Source: Camelus dromedarius (lineage: Eukaryota). From it: DNA of 64,000 nt. The position numbers were made by a program, and so were the translations under genes. This document shows, piece after piece, positions 62,653 to 64,000 of the stretch. Under the pieces are notes generated by a model, which saw only the letters and a program-made list of their open reading frames with translations, ran no database searches and was not told the DNA's origin. The stretch spans positions 87,422,001 to 87,486,000 of the forward strand of contig NC_087436.1 of NCBI RefSeq assembly GCF_036321535.1. Reading direction: 5' to 3'. Each line of letters begins with the position of its first letter. Position 1 is the first letter of the stretch.

Positions 62653-64000
62653 AGATTAGATAAGAATGCCAAAACCCATTTTAAAGCATCTATACTATAT
62701 AAAGACTGCCATACATTAATTTGGGTATCAATAATAACTATTTAAGCATTAATTTACACGAAATCTCATTTTAAAGGGGTATAATTTACATTATTAAAAT
62801 ATAAATAAATGTAGACAATCAGTAAGAGAAAATTAAGGGTAGGAAAATATTTGAAGGCAAGATTAGTTAACATGCAATGTACCACTGCCAGAAACAGTTA
62901 AAAGAATAACGGGTCCTAAGCTCCATAGAAGCCGAAGCAAAAAGAAAAACATCCTGATGTATAAAATTCATAGAGTCCATAAACATAGAAACAGAATACT
63001 TTTTCAGTGGAAACCAGATTTTCATGGTATTAAGCCGTGAAAGTAATTTCTTCCATAATTCCTCATAAGGGACGTCTGGTCAAATTCCATTTTAGCCATA
63101 GAATCTTCCTCAACAGTTCAGTCCACTCTTTCCTTTTTCCAGATTCTTAACATGTTCATTTGTCTTTCATTCTAAAAGCTTTATTGAGTCCCTGGCATTT
63201 GTGTCAGTTGCTGGGAGAGTCAATGGTTGAGCAGAACAGACTCAATTTTGCTATGGAGTTTATAGTCTGGTGAGCCAGAGAGAAACGAAGTTTTCAGAAA
63301 CCGCATAAACAAACATGTAATTATAATACACATCTGTAATATAATATATAAATAGTCATGACTGCGAACTATGATCAGTGCTAAAAAGGAAATATATGAG
63401 GTACCATGAAAACAAGTGGTTTGCTCTACCCTTAAAGGTCAGAGAACGCATGCCTGAGGAAATGAATGCAGTTTGCTCTTGGAACACAAAAGGGTAGGCA
63501 CTATCTTATTTAATTCTATATTGACCTGTGTGGTTTTTTCCCTATTGTGTAACAGGGAGAGAATCTAGACTTGTTTTCCAAATTTCCCTTGGGGATGTTG
63601 GTCTCCCATATCCTTTATCCTGCGTCAGTCATGCCAGGGAGATTGCTCAAGAGACGCTCGATTCGGTCAACTGCAGCTGAAGGTGAATAGAATGTCATTT
63701 ACCACCACCACCAAAAACTCAGCAAGAAAATGTAGCTCTCTTTGGCTTCAGCTCTCAATACCTTGGACTAAGAAATGCTTTAATTGACAGGAAATTCAAA
63801 TATATCTTCCAAGCACTGTATTATTATTGCAAGTTTTTTGGAGGGGGGAGGGGATTGGAGTTCCCCTGGAGAGAAATTTAAGCTGGAGAGCTGGAAAAAC
63901 CCATGCTTTGTTACAAATTGGGACTTTCTCTTCACATGCTGTTTTTCTTCTGCTCACGGTAACTGAGATTTCAATATTCCCTCTGCAGCAAAGAACCCAG

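Noticed and set aside
1..64000. A novel multi-gene system, CRISPR array, operon or prokaryotic/viral insert
   Set aside because: No ORF exceeds ~190 aa, there is no repeat-spacer array or compositionally foreign block, and most structure is explained by known mammalian repeat classes.

Overview
Mammalian non-coding genomic DNA, intergenic or deep intronic. It is most likely from a camelid, inferred from five copies of a short tRNA-Ala(AGC)-derived SINE and from the lack of any recognisable Alu, B1/B2, BovB, Bov-tA or PRE-1 elements. I recognise no complete protein-coding gene, and the six-frame ORFs are chance ORFs or antisense read-throughs of repeats. A large part of the window is transposon-derived. 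It holds a ~2.9 kb decayed L1 (ORF2 and 3'UTR), several young 5'-truncated L1 3' ends (some with target-site duplications, TSDs), six ERV1-type solo LTRs with 4-bp TSDs, MaLR/ERVL LTRs, L2 and MIR relics, and DNA-transposon fossils (Tigger1 deletion derivative, MER5A, MER20, MER33, MER58, Charlie4-like and Zaphod-like). The unique sequence contains a candidate terminal exon near 4.5 kb, two micro-exon-like splice-site pairs, several CTCF-like motifs and an AP-1 cluster. I found no evidence for a new multi-gene biological system, and the findings are modest structural and regulatory observations. Repeat family names come from recalled consensus sequences rather than a database search, so boundaries without TSDs are approximate.
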